Below, piece by piece: positions 25,989 to 34,325 of a DNA stretch of 34,325 nt. The first letter of the stretch is position 1. The number at the start of each line of letters is the position of its first letter. The notes below the pieces were generated by a model. That model searched no databases. It was not told the DNA's origin and worked only from the letters and a program-made list of their open reading frames with translations. Location of the stretch: assembly GCA_041577295.1 (NCBI GenBank), contig JBFGJG010000046.1:1-34325 (forward strand), given 5' to 3'. The stretch comes from Gemmatimonadales bacterium. Lineage in GTDB: Bacteria; Gemmatimonadota; Gemmatimonadetes; Gemmatimonadales; GWC2-71-9. A program made the position numbers and the translations under genes.

Positions 25989-27014
25989 TCACCCTGCCAC
26001 CGTCCAGGTCCTCCCGCGCCGTAGCACGCTGTCGAGATCCGTAGTAGGAAGCGCGTCGGCGGCCTTTGCGACCTGGTGGAAGACCGCGTCCTCGTAGGTG
26101 GGCGCCGGATCGTCATACAAAACGCCGAGGACCATGGGGAACGCGGGAGGTTGCAGCCCGCAAAGCATGGCCGCGAGCGTGCGGTTCTTCTGGTCGTGCA
26201 CCAGGATGTCGTCTTCGGTGACACCGTTGCCCAGCGTGACCACCTCGATTTCAATGCTGCGCGGCTTGAGCCTGAGGCCGCGTGTGTTGTCTTTGCCAAA
26301 GAGCAGCGGCTTTCCGTGTTCGGCGTAGAGCTGGGTCTCACTCGATGTCTTTCGCTCGGTGAAGTCCGCAAACACGTTGTCGTTGTAGACCACGCAGTTC
26401 TGAAAGATCTCCACGAACGCGGCTCCTGGATGCGCGTGTGCACGCTTGAGGATCTCCACCTGTTCTTTTTGCGACGTGTCGATTGCGCGCGCGATGAAGC
26501 GTGCGCCGGCACCGAGTGCAAAGGAGCAGGGAAGGACCGGGCTGTCGACGGAGCCCAGCGGTGTCGACGGTGAGCGTGTCCCGATCCGTGACGTCGGTGA
26601 GTATTGGCCTTTGGTGAGTCCGTAGATCTCATTGTTGAACAGGATGATCTGCAGATTCACGTTGCGCCGTAGCACGTGTAGCAGGTGGTTACCACCAATA
26701 CTCAGCCCATCGCCGTCGCCGGTGATGACCCACACGTCCAAATCCGGGTTAGCCAGCTTGAGTCCCGTCGCAACGGCCGGTGCGCGGCCGTGAATGGTGT
26801 GGAACCCGTACGTCGACATGTAATACGGAAACCGCGACGAGCACCCAATGCCCGATACGAACACCGTTCGATGGGGCTCGGCACCGAGGTCAGCGAGCGT
26901 TTTTTGCAGCGCCTTGAGGATGGCATAGTCGCCGCATCCCGGGCACCATCGGACCTCCTGGTCCGACGCAAAGTCTTTGGGGCTCAGCTTCTCTGGCTTC
27001 GTGGTAGCGGTCAT
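25989..27014 (-). CDS. korB: 2-oxoacid:ferredoxin oxidoreductase beta subunit
   Basis: WCPGCGD, SGIGCSSR, HTIHGR, GDGD...NNEIYGLTKGQ (ThDP motif) and QNC. Confidence 0.95.
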   Translation of the reverse strand: MTATTKPEKLSPKDFASDQEVRWCPGCGDYAILKALQKTLADLGAEPHRTVFVSGIGCSSRFPYYMSTYGFHTIHGRAPAVATGLKLANPDLDVWVITGDGDGLSIGGNHLLHVLRRNVNLQIILFNNEIYGLTKGQYSPTSRIGTRSPSTPLGSVDSPVLPCSFALGAGARFIARAIDTSQKEQVEILKRAHAHPGAAFVEIFQNCVVYNDNVFADFTERKTSSETQLYAEHGKPLLFGKDNTRGLRLKPRSIEIEVVTLGNGVTEDDILVHDQKNRTLAAMLCGLQPPAFPMVLGVLYDDPAPTYEDAVFHQVAKAADALPTTDLDSVLRRGRTWTVAG

Positions 27015-27017
27015 ATC

Positions 27018-28883
27018 TCAGCGCTCCAGCCGCGAACGGATGGCATCGGTGATCTCACTAATCTTGAACGGTTTCCCCTGCACCTTGTTCAACCCCTCAG
27101 CGGGAACGAGATACGTGCTGCGCAGCATCGTTACGAGCTGACCAGAGTTCATCTCGGGAACGAGAATCTTATCGAACCGTCGCAGTAGCTCGCCCAAGTT
27201 GAGGGGGAACGGGTTGAGATGCCGCAGGTGGATGTGCGAGACGTCGAGCCCGTCTTCCCGTGCGCGTTCGACGGCTCGATTGATGGGTCCGTAGGTTGAA
27301 CCCCAACCGACCACCGCCAGCGCGCCGTGATCCTCTCCCAAAGCCGGTTCCTGAAGCGGGATGTCGTTGGCGATGCCGGTAATCTTGGCGGCGCGAACGT
27401 CTGTCATGCGCTGGTGGTTTGCCGCGTCATAGGAGATGTGGCCGCTCTCGTAGGCCTTCTCGATCCCGCCGATGCGGTGTTCCAATTCAGGGGTCCCGGG
27501 AGGCGCCCACGCTCGCGCGAGCGTCTTGGGGTCGCGCACGAACGGATGAAATCCGGTGGGGTCCGAACGGAGAGCGACTGGGAATTTCGGGAGGTCCGCT
27601 TCCTCGGGAATGAGCCACGGTTCTGCGGCGTTTGCGAGAAAGCCATCGGTCATCACATAGACTGGTGTCATGTATTTCGTCGCGAGCCGCACGGCCTCGA
27701 TGCCCGTGGCGAAGCAATCCGCCGAGGTCGCTGCCGCGATGACGGGTACCGGAGCATCCGCGTTGCGGCCATAGACCGCCTGGTAGAGATCTGATTGCTC
27801 GGTCTTGGTGGGCATCCCGGTTGAGGGACCCGCGCGCTGGCTATTCACAACGATGAGCGGCAACTCTGTGGAGATGGCGAGGCCAATCGCCTCAGCCTTG
27901 AGGGCGATTCCCGGGCCGGAGCTCGACGTGACTCCCAAAGCCCCACCGTAGGACGCACCGATTGCGGCGCAAACAGCGGCAATCTCATCCTCGGCCTGAA
28001 AGGTGACGACACCCATTGCCTTGAGCCCGGCCAAGACGTGAAGCAGCGGCGAGGCAGGTGTGATGGGGTACGAGCCAAACACCAGCCGCTTCAACCCGGC
28101 CGCGCGCATCCCCGCGACCAATCCCCAAGCCAACGCCTCGGTGCCGGTCACTGTGCGGTAAACGCCGGGCGCCACCGCGGCGCGTGAGACCGTATAACCG
28201 AGCATGCCGCTCGGCATCTCCGCGGTTTCGCCAAACGCGTGGCCGGCATTGAGCGCAGCGATGTTCGCGTCCGCGATCTCTGGTCGCTTGGCAAACTTGC
28301 GCTTCAACCAATCGACCGTTGCCTTCCGGTCGCGATCGAACATCCACAACATGAGCCCGAGGGTCCACATGTTGCGCGACCGAAGCGCTTCCTTCTGTCC
28401 CAGCTCGAACTGCTTCACCGCTTCGAGCGTGTACTTGGAGATGTCGAGCTTGAGCACCTGATACGGGGCAAGCGAATCGTCTTCCAGAGGATTTGCCTCG
28501 AAGCCCGCCTTCGAGAGGTTGCGGTCGTTGAACGATCCGGTGTCGACCACCACCATGCCGCCGAGACGAAGATCCTCGAGGTTGACCTTGAGCGCTGCGG
28601 GGTTCAGGGCCACCAAAACGTCGAGGTCATCGCCTGACGTCATGATGTCCTGTGAGCCAAAGTGAATTTGAAAGGCCGAAACGCCGTACGTGGTCCCTGC
28701 CGGAGCTCGTATCTCAGCGGGATAGTCGGGGAACGTCGCGAGATCGTTGCCGATGAGTGCCGTCTCGAGCGTAAACTGTGAGCCGGTGAGCTGCATCCCA
28801 TCGCCAGAATCACCGGCAAACCGCACGACGACGGACTCGCGGAGCTCGCGGCCACCGCGTGTTGGAGGTGACGTGACAGTCAT
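27018..28883 (-). CDS. korA: 2-oxoacid:ferredoxin oxidoreductase alpha subunit (gamma-alpha fusion)
   Basis: FAGDSGDGMQLTG, YPAEIRAP, YPITPAS, QAEDEIA, SSGPG and QRAGPSTGMPT. Likely start ATG 28883 (ORF open to 28925). Confidence 0.95.
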   Translation of the reverse strand: MTVTSPPTRGGRELRESVVVRFAGDSGDGMQLTGSQFTLETALIGNDLATFPDYPAEIRAPAGTTYGVSAFQIHFGSQDIMTSGDDLDVLVALNPAALKVNLEDLRLGGMVVVDTGSFNDRNLSKAGFEANPLEDDSLAPYQVLKLDISKYTLEAVKQFELGQKEALRSRNMWTLGLMLWMFDRDRKATVDWLKRKFAKRPEIADANIAALNAGHAFGETAEMPSGMLGYTVSRAAVAPGVYRTVTGTEALAWGLVAGMRAAGLKRLVFGSYPITPASPLLHVLAGLKAMGVVTFQAEDEIAAVCAAIGASYGGALGVTSSSGPGIALKAEAIGLAISTELPLIVVNSQRAGPSTGMPTKTEQSDLYQAVYGRNADAPVPVIAAATSADCFATGIEAVRLATKYMTPVYVMTDGFLANAAEPWLIPEEADLPKFPVALRSDPTGFHPFVRDPKTLARAWAPPGTPELEHRIGGIEKAYESGHISYDAANHQRMTDVRAAKITGIANDIPLQEPALGEDHGALAVVGWGSTYGPINRAVERAREDGLDVSHIHLRHLNPFPLNLGELLRRFDKILVPEMNSGQLVTMLRSTYLVPAEGLNKVQGKPFKISEITDAIRSRLER

Positions 28884-29043
28884 TGGATCTCTATGGGTCC
28901 TCCTACTGGGCCGTTCACGTGACACAACTGCTTGCGCTCTCGAAAACTAGCGACTTGCTGGCGCGCGACGCCAGACGAGATGGCGCGGCGCGAGATGGGT
29001 GGCGCGCGGGAGAGGCACGTGACGATTCGTCGCGTTGGTGCAT

Positions 29044-29277
29044 TGTGGAAAAAGGAAGCTCCTCCGGTGCAGGCGTGCTCGCGTGCATTGCTGCACCCTG
29101 TCCACCTCGGGTCTAAGTTCTCCCGGCAACTGGGCCTAAGAAAGAGGGTTCCAGGAGGCTCCCGAAAAGGTCGCCACACGGGGCGTGTGGGGACCCGGGG
29201 AGTGGACTTATCCACAAAGTCCACATGGCGTGGAAAGACGCCGGAATCGCCCACCGGGTGGGCAGTTAGTTTCCACA
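29044..29277. promoter_or_regulatory. Cluster of DnaA-box-like nonamers
   Basis: Perfect TTATCCACA (29208-29216), TGTGGAAAA (29044-29052, fits TTWTNCACA in reverse), and near matches GTTTCCACA (29269-29277) and AAGTCCACA (29217-29225). Confidence 0.5.
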
Positions 29278-29321
29278 TGGGACGTGAGGTGATGTGAGCT
29301 AACCCAAAGAAAATTCGGCAC

Positions 29322-29349
29322 TTGTGTGAGGTAGCTCACGCTCTATATT
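29322..29349 (+). promoter_or_regulatory. Putative sigma70-type promoter
   Basis: TTGTGT-N16-TATATT, preceded by A-rich AAAGAAAATT, in otherwise GC-rich DNA. Confidence 0.5.
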
Positions 29350-29354
29350 GGCTC

Positions 29355-29780
29355 CCGCCGCACGAGGGAAGGGTTGGGACGAGCTGTCTCGACCACGCCT
29401 TGCGTGGTGAGTTCGGACGGGAATTTCCGGGGAGGCCGCCGACGAACCGAGGGCTCAGGCGTCCGGCGATCCGGGTGATCACACCGATCCGAACAGACGA
29501 GGCCAGTCGCGTGCCTCGTTCCACGTCGAGTTGGCGCGTCGGCGTGCAGTGCGGAAGGTCGGTCCGCGATTCGATCGGATCCGTATGCGCTGGGGCTGGT
29601 GAACCAGGTGGCTTGGCCGGCCGCGTGGGGATTGAAGCCGGGGCTCCCAGTGACGCCCACCTGCGGCGCGACAGCTGCAGAGGCCATGGGAAGAAGAACG
29701 GGAAGAGCAATCTCCCGACTCCGGGTAGCCAGTCTGGGGCGGCTCGTCATCCTGCGGGGTGTGCGGGCCGCTCGCATTTT
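29355..29780 (+). ncRNA. Unidentified structured non-coding RNA candidate (~420 nt)
   Basis: No credible ORF. Upstream promoter, dense helices, a GCAA tetraloop, a possible pseudoknot and a 3' GC hairpin followed by ATTTT. Confidence 0.6.
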
Positions 29781-29838
29781 GGGCCTTTTCCCGCCAACCC
29801 CGGCTTCGTGACGCTCCCGTTACTCGAGTCTCCTGGTG

Positions 29839-31869
29839 TCACCGAGCGAATGTCAACGTGGCAAACGTGCTGGGATTGCCGGGATAGTTGCGTATCGGAA
29901 GTGACCGATACCTCCGGCCACCCCGATACGCATCGACGACCACGATCGTCATACGCAGAGTATTCGAGGTGAGAACTGGGAGTGCGAGCTCCGTGGTATA
30001 GCCCGTGTTGGTTGCTAGCATCGCGTATTGCATTCCGTCACGCAGCGACGCGAGTCGATCGTCGAGCGGCATTCCGAGGCTCGTGAGAAAGAACTCCGTC
30101 CACCGGAGGTTCTGGCGGCGCGCGATGTTCTTCGCCATGAACCCATGAAAATCCAGGCTGACCACATGGGTCTCTGACTGTTCCAGCCGAGGCAGAAGCA
30201 CAACGGCGTCCTCACGCCCGATGCTCCGCTCGACGGTTCCGCTTTCCCAATCGACAATGATGACGATGTGATCGCCTTCGCCAACCTCGAGGCCTGTGCG
30301 CGCACGGGGTGTGTTGTCCCGCACGCGCAGCGCGACGAAGAGCTCGTCGCCAGCCCACCGGAGGCTGACGGCCGCACGGTCGTCGGTTCCTGCAGGGCCA
30401 TTCAACTTTCTCCATGCGGCATTGGGCCAATCATTCAGTCGGCCATCAATCGTCGGCGGAATCCCAGGGAACACGGTGACGCTGTCGAGCGTGTGACGAA
30501 AGCGTAGTGTCGCGCCGTCGAGAGTGTATGAAGTATCGCGGCGCAGCTGATCGAGTTCGCTGCCGATCCCTTTCACCACGGGTGTTGCTTCGGACACGAG
30601 ATCTGTGGCGTAGCGAATTCCGCTTCCGGCCAGACTGTCGAGCTGTTGCTCGAGGCGTCCGAGGCCTTGCAGCGTGGCGGGCACATCGATCGACAAACCC
30701 GGTGCGTAGAGGGGCTCAAACAGGTTGAGGTCCCACCCATAGTCGCCAAACACATCGACAAAAGGTGCCAACACCGCTCCGGCTGTCACGCCAAACGCAG
30801 CGACAACCGCATCGCCATGTGCAGTTGCGGGCGAGTACCCGTCAGGGTCCTTGCCATACGCGGCAACGGTGGCGAGCGGCAGCATGGACCAGTGGGCCTG
30901 ATTCATGGGGTTGGCGATGATGCCGACCGCCCCGCGTGCGAGATCGGGATCCCGTCCGCGCAGTGGGCCCAGGAACAGACGCCATCTCGCATAATCGTTC
31001 ACCGGATAGTTGTCCCAGATGATTGGCGGCCGGCCGGTGAGCTCGCCCCACTCCAACGCCTGCTGGGTAGTGATCTCGGGCGACGCCACGTCTGTCCCGG
31101 TCCAGAAGAAAGGGATCGACCGTGGGACCGCTTGGCCGAGCTGGCGTAAGTAATCGCGATCTCCCCACGCGTTGGTGTAGGTCGTAGGTGTAACTACGAG
31201 GTGGGCCCCGCGTGCGGACAGTGCCTCGTGCAGCTGATTGATCAGGTGCGCGTGGGCATCTGCGAGGTTGGTGAACGTGCGGCGGTCTGCTGCATGTCGC
31301 AGCGTGTACGGCACATCGTCCAGCATGAGGGCGAAGTGACGCACCCCCATCTCGCCGATGGCGTTGATCTTTTGGTCGAGCTCGCGCCAATCGGCAGCGT
31401 CGGAATACACCATGGTGAGACCGGGACTAATGGAATAGTAAAAGTCGATACCGAATGCCCGCGCCGTGTCCACGAGTTGTTGGAGTTGGCGGTGCTCTCG
31501 GGGTGGATACGGGTCCCGCCAGCGGCTGCGATGATACGGATCGTCCTTTGGCGCGTAGTAGTAGGCATTCATCCCAACACGCTGCATGAAGCGCAGGACG
31601 TCGAGCCGATCCCGATGCGACCACGGTGTGCCGTAAAAGCCCTCGATGATGCCAACCTGCTGGAACGGCGGGACGGTATCAGACGGGAGAGCAGGATCGG
31701 CTCTCCCTTCAACTCGATCTACGCTGCAGGAAAGGAGCAAACACTGCACGGCGAGGAGGCAGCAGCGCGCAGTGAGTAATACGCAGTGAGCCGGCTGAGC
31801 CCGTCCCCATCGGCCAGCGTGGTGCGATCTCAGCCAACTACTACTCGCCACACCCCAATCACTACTCAC
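29839..31869 (-). CDS. GH84 beta-N-acetylglucosaminidase (O-GlcNAcase/hyaluronidase-like) putative lipoprotein with C-terminal CBM9-like domain; start uncertain
   Basis: GIIEGFYGTPWS, YYYAPKDDPYHR, ISPG, catalytic LMLDDV, WTG, WDNYPVND and NPM. Lipobox LLLSC, and PTIDGRLNDW. Confidence 0.88.
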   Translation of the reverse strand: MSSDWGVASSSWLRSHHAGRWGRAQPAHCVLLTARCCLLAVQCLLLSCSVDRVEGRADPALPSDTVPPFQQVGIIEGFYGTPWSHRDRLDVLRFMQRVGMNAYYYAPKDDPYHRSRWRDPYPPREHRQLQQLVDTARAFGIDFYYSISPGLTMVYSDAADWRELDQKINAIGEMGVRHFALMLDDVPYTLRHAADRRTFTNLADAHAHLINQLHEALSARGAHLVVTPTTYTNAWGDRDYLRQLGQAVPRSIPFFWTGTDVASPEITTQQALEWGELTGRPPIIWDNYPVNDYARWRLFLGPLRGRDPDLARGAVGIIANPMNQAHWSMLPLATVAAYGKDPDGYSPATAHGDAVVAAFGVTAGAVLAPFVDVFGDYGWDLNLFEPLYAPGLSIDVPATLQGLGRLEQQLDSLAGSGIRYATDLVSEATPVVKGIGSELDQLRRDTSYTLDGATLRFRHTLDSVTVFPGIPPTIDGRLNDWPNAAWRKLNGPAGTDDRAAVSLRWAGDELFVALRVRDNTPRARTGLEVGEGDHIVIIVDWESGTVERSIGREDAVVLLPRLEQSETHVVSLDFHGFMAKNIARRQNLRWTEFFLTSLGMPLDDRLASLRDGMQYAMLATNTGYTTELALPVLTSNTLRMTIVVVDAYRGGRRYRSLPIRNYPGNPSTFATLTFAR

Positions 31870-34325
31870 CGTTCTCCCCGCTCCTCATCTAGTCGGTCAT
31901 GCAGCCGCTGCAGCGCTCCAACCAGGTCTGGCTCGAGCTCCATGACGGGTCGCATGGGATCTTCCTTCAATTTGGTGAAGCGTTTGGGAACCGTACGGAT
32001 GGTGTGCCGGCGAATATCGAGCCGGGCGGTGACCTCACTCCACTTGAGCGGTGTGGAGACCGGGGCGCCAGGGAGTGGGCGCACGCAAAACGGTGAGACC
32101 AGCAGACGGCCGTGGCCGTTCTGTACGTAGTCGACGTACACCTTGCCCTCGCGTTTGGAGGGCGACCGAGTGACCGTCGCGATATTGGGTAGCTCGTCCG
32201 CGATCACGCGGGCGAGTAGGGCACCGAGCGACCTCGACTGCTCGTAGGTGCATTGGCCACCGAGCGGAAGGAGGACATGGAGTCCGGTGGATCCGCTGGT
32301 CTTGATGAATGCGGGGAGCTCGATTTCCTCACAAAGCTTTCGGATTGCCCGAGCGACCTGTACCACGTGCTCGAAGGGCGCTTCCTTTGGGTCCAAATCC
32401 AGAATGCACCAGTCCGGCCGCTCGAGCGCCGAGACGCGACTGGACCAGATATGTAAGGGAATAGCCGCGAGGTTGATGATGTAGAGCAGCGACTGGACGT
32501 CCTCACACACGAAGTAGCGCAGCTCGCGGTCCGATCCCTCGCTCCACAGCGTCGCGGTTCGGATCCAGTCCGGGGCAAACACCGGGGCGTCTTTCTGGAA
32601 GAACGACTTTCCCTCGATACCGTCAGGGAACCGGGTGAGCACGAGCGGCCGGTCGCGTAAATAGGGGAGGAGCCATTCAGACACCTGGCGGTAGTAATCG
32701 ATGAGGTCGCCCTTGGTGTAGCCTTCGTCCGGCCAAAAAATCTTGTCCAGGTTGGAGAAGACGACCTTGCGCTCCGGCTTGGCGGGCTCCGGCGGGGCCA
32801 TGAGCGCGGGCTCCGGCAAATCAGGGTCATGGGATTCGCGGGTGCACGCCCGGGGGGGCTTGTCGTGCCGCATCCGCAGGAACACCGGTTGCCGCAGGAG
32901 CCCAATTTCCGTGAGCTCCTTGAAGCGAACCTCGCACACCAGCTCAGGCTGAACCCAGTGGTGGTCTTTGCCAGTTGGGAGGCTGCCGGTACACGGCGGG
33001 GTGTCACGCTCCAGCGCTTGTAGCTCCACGAAGATCGTGGTCATCAACTCGTCGGTGAACCCGGTCCCCACGCGACCGGTGTACACCAGATCTTCCCCTA
33101 CGTATTGCGCAACGTGTAGCGCGCCAAAGCCCGCCCGCGAGCCGCGCGGCTGCGTGTATCCCACCACCACAAAGTCGTCGGACTTGTCGACCCGGATCTT
33201 CAGCCATTGAGATGAGCGGCCCGCTCGATAGGGGGCGTCCGCTTGTTTGGCCACGATACCCTCGAGTCCAAGCTTCTCGACCTGTGCATACATGGCCTCG
33301 CCTTGTTCGGGTATGTGCTCCGAGTACCGCAGCGGTCCTACGGTCGGCAGGGTCTGCTTGAGGATTTCTTTCCGCGTCACGAGCGGCAGCGGCCGCAGGT
33401 CGAAGTCCTCGAAGGCAAGCAGGTCGAACACGTACAGTGTCGCTGGCAGCTCCACGGAGGCACGCGCAATGTCTGGCTGCCGCCCGAGCTTGGCGCGCTT
33501 CTGCAGGCGGTAAAAGCTGGGGAGGCCCTGATCATCGTGCACCACGACCTCGCCGTCCAGCACGATGTGCTCGAAGGGCAAGGCACCTACCACCTGTGCG
33601 ACCTCGGGGAACACGTGCGTGAGTTCGTTCCCGTTACGCGACACGAGGATGGGCTCACCCTCGTCGCGGGCCGCCACGAGCCGATAACCGTCATACTTGA
33701 GCTCGAACACCCATCCCGGCTTCGTAAAGACGGTGTCGCGGTTCTCGGCCAGCATCAGCTCGATGTCTCGCGCGTGCACGGTTCCTTTCGGGGCGTCCAT
33801 CTCCTCGAGCCGCGCGCGGATGGGTGCCGCGGGGTCTTGCCCTTCCCGCATCGCTTCCACGGTCTGCCCGGAAAAAATCGAGTCGTCCGGGTACGCTTGC
33901 TCCCCATTGGTGACGGCGTACCCATCGCGCTCTTTGATCAGCAGCCACTCTTTGGGATCGCGTTTGGTGCGCACCAGTGTCCAGCGTCCGCGGAGCTTGT
34001 ACCCTCGGAGATCGAACAACAGCTTCCCGCGTTCAAAGGACTCCGCGGGGTCTTCGTACGGCAGCCACACGCCACGGTCCCACACGATCACGGCACCAGC
34101 GCCGTAGTTCCCTTCGGGGATCATCCCCTCGAAGTCCGCGTACTCGATCGGATGGGGCTCAACCTGTACGGCGAGGCGTTTCTCCGCGGGATCGGCTGCC
34201 GGGCCGCGTGGTACCGCCCACGAGTGCAGCACGCCGCCCCACTCGAGACGGAGATCGTAGTGCACGCGCCGGGCCGCGTGTTTTTGGACGACGAAGATGT
34301 TCCCGCCAGCTCCGGTCCCGAGCCC
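31866..34325 (-). CDS. ligD: NHEJ DNA ligase D (phosphoesterase-ligase-polymerase); 5' end outside the window
   Basis: The frame is open to the window end: FVVQKHAARRVHYDLRLE (PE), ELKYDGYR, LDGEV, EGIVAK, WLKI (ligase), and RFPDG, FFQK, LDLDP, KTSGSTGLH (PolDom). Confidence 0.97.
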   Translation of the reverse strand, partial: GLGTGAGGNIFVVQKHAARRVHYDLRLEWGGVLHSWAVPRGPAADPAEKRLAVQVEPHPIEYADFEGMIPEGNYGAGAVIVWDRGVWLPYEDPAESFERGKLLFDLRGYKLRGRWTLVRTKRDPKEWLLIKERDGYAVTNGEQAYPDDSIFSGQTVEAMREGQDPAAPIRARLEEMDAPKGTVHARDIELMLAENRDTVFTKPGWVFELKYDGYRLVAARDEGEPILVSRNGNELTHVFPEVAQVVGALPFEHIVLDGEVVVHDDQGLPSFYRLQKRAKLGRQPDIARASVELPATLYVFDLLAFEDFDLRPLPLVTRKEILKQTLPTVGPLRYSEHIPEQGEAMYAQVEKLGLEGIVAKQADAPYRAGRSSQWLKIRVDKSDDFVVVGYTQPRGSRAGFGALHVAQYVGEDLVYTGRVGTGFTDELMTTIFVELQALERDTPPCTGSLPTGKDHHWVQPELVCEVRFKELTEIGLLRQPVFLRMRHDKPPRACTRESHDPDLPEPALMAPPEPAKPERKVVFSNLDKIFWPDEGYTKGDLIDYYRQVSEWLLPYLRDRPLVLTRFPDGIEGKSFFQKDAPVFAPDWIRTATLWSEGSDRELRYFVCEDVQSLLYIINLAAIPLHIWSSRVSALERPDWCILDLDPKEAPFEHVVQVARAIRKLCEEIELPAFIKTSGSTGLHVLLPLGGQCTYEQSRSLGALLARVIADELPNIATVTRSPSKREGKVYVDYVQNGHGRLLVSPFCVRPLPGAPVSTPLKWSEVTARLDIRRHTIRTVPKRFTKLKEDPMRPVMELEPDLVGALQRLHDRLDEERGER

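Noticed and set aside
29355..29780. RNase P RNA, tmRNA, SRP RNA or cobalamin riboswitch
   Set aside because: I found no GAGGAAAGTCC/CGGCTTA P4 motifs, no tRNA-like ends with CCA, no SRP GGAAG-GAAGCAG domain and no B12 box on either strand.
29322..29972. 216-aa ORF and overlapping ORFs in the korA-GH84 gap
   Set aside because: Low-complexity R/G/P/S-rich translations with no motifs or RBS, typical of GC-rich non-coding DNA.

Overview
GC-rich bacterial chromosome segment; the gene style suggests Gemmatimonadota, but that is an unverified impression. From left to right: (1) 1-4.9 kb holds minus-strand accessory genes separated by attC sites, forming a decaying integron cassette array with no integrase in the window (CALIN-like). 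A ~18-unit, 21-bp-phased AAGCT repeat lies next to it. (2) VOC protein, propeller/Y_Y_Y/GGDEF diguanylate cyclase, PIG-L deacetylase, thiC under a TPP riboswitch, CPA1 antiporter, flavodoxin-like protein and HAD hydrolase. (3) An aromatic cluster with a sigma54-type promoter: chorismate lyase-like protein, two convergent PaaK-family ligases and DAHP synthase. (4) A coupled operon of alpha-hydroxy-acid oxidase, small membrane protein, Na+/solute symporter and an OsmC-family protein. The OsmC gene has an in-frame UGA at the catalytic Cys followed by a SECIS-like hairpin, so it is probably a selenoprotein that the ORF caller split. (5) An S9 peptidase lacking the catalytic Ser, and korAB flanked by DnaA-box-like clusters. 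(6) An unexplained ~420-nt, highly structured candidate ncRNA with its own promoter and terminator. (7) A GH84 lipoprotein and LigD. The best leads are the ncRNA, the Sec-OsmC operon, the 4-hydroxybenzoate/dual-ligase cluster and the attC array with its phased repeat.
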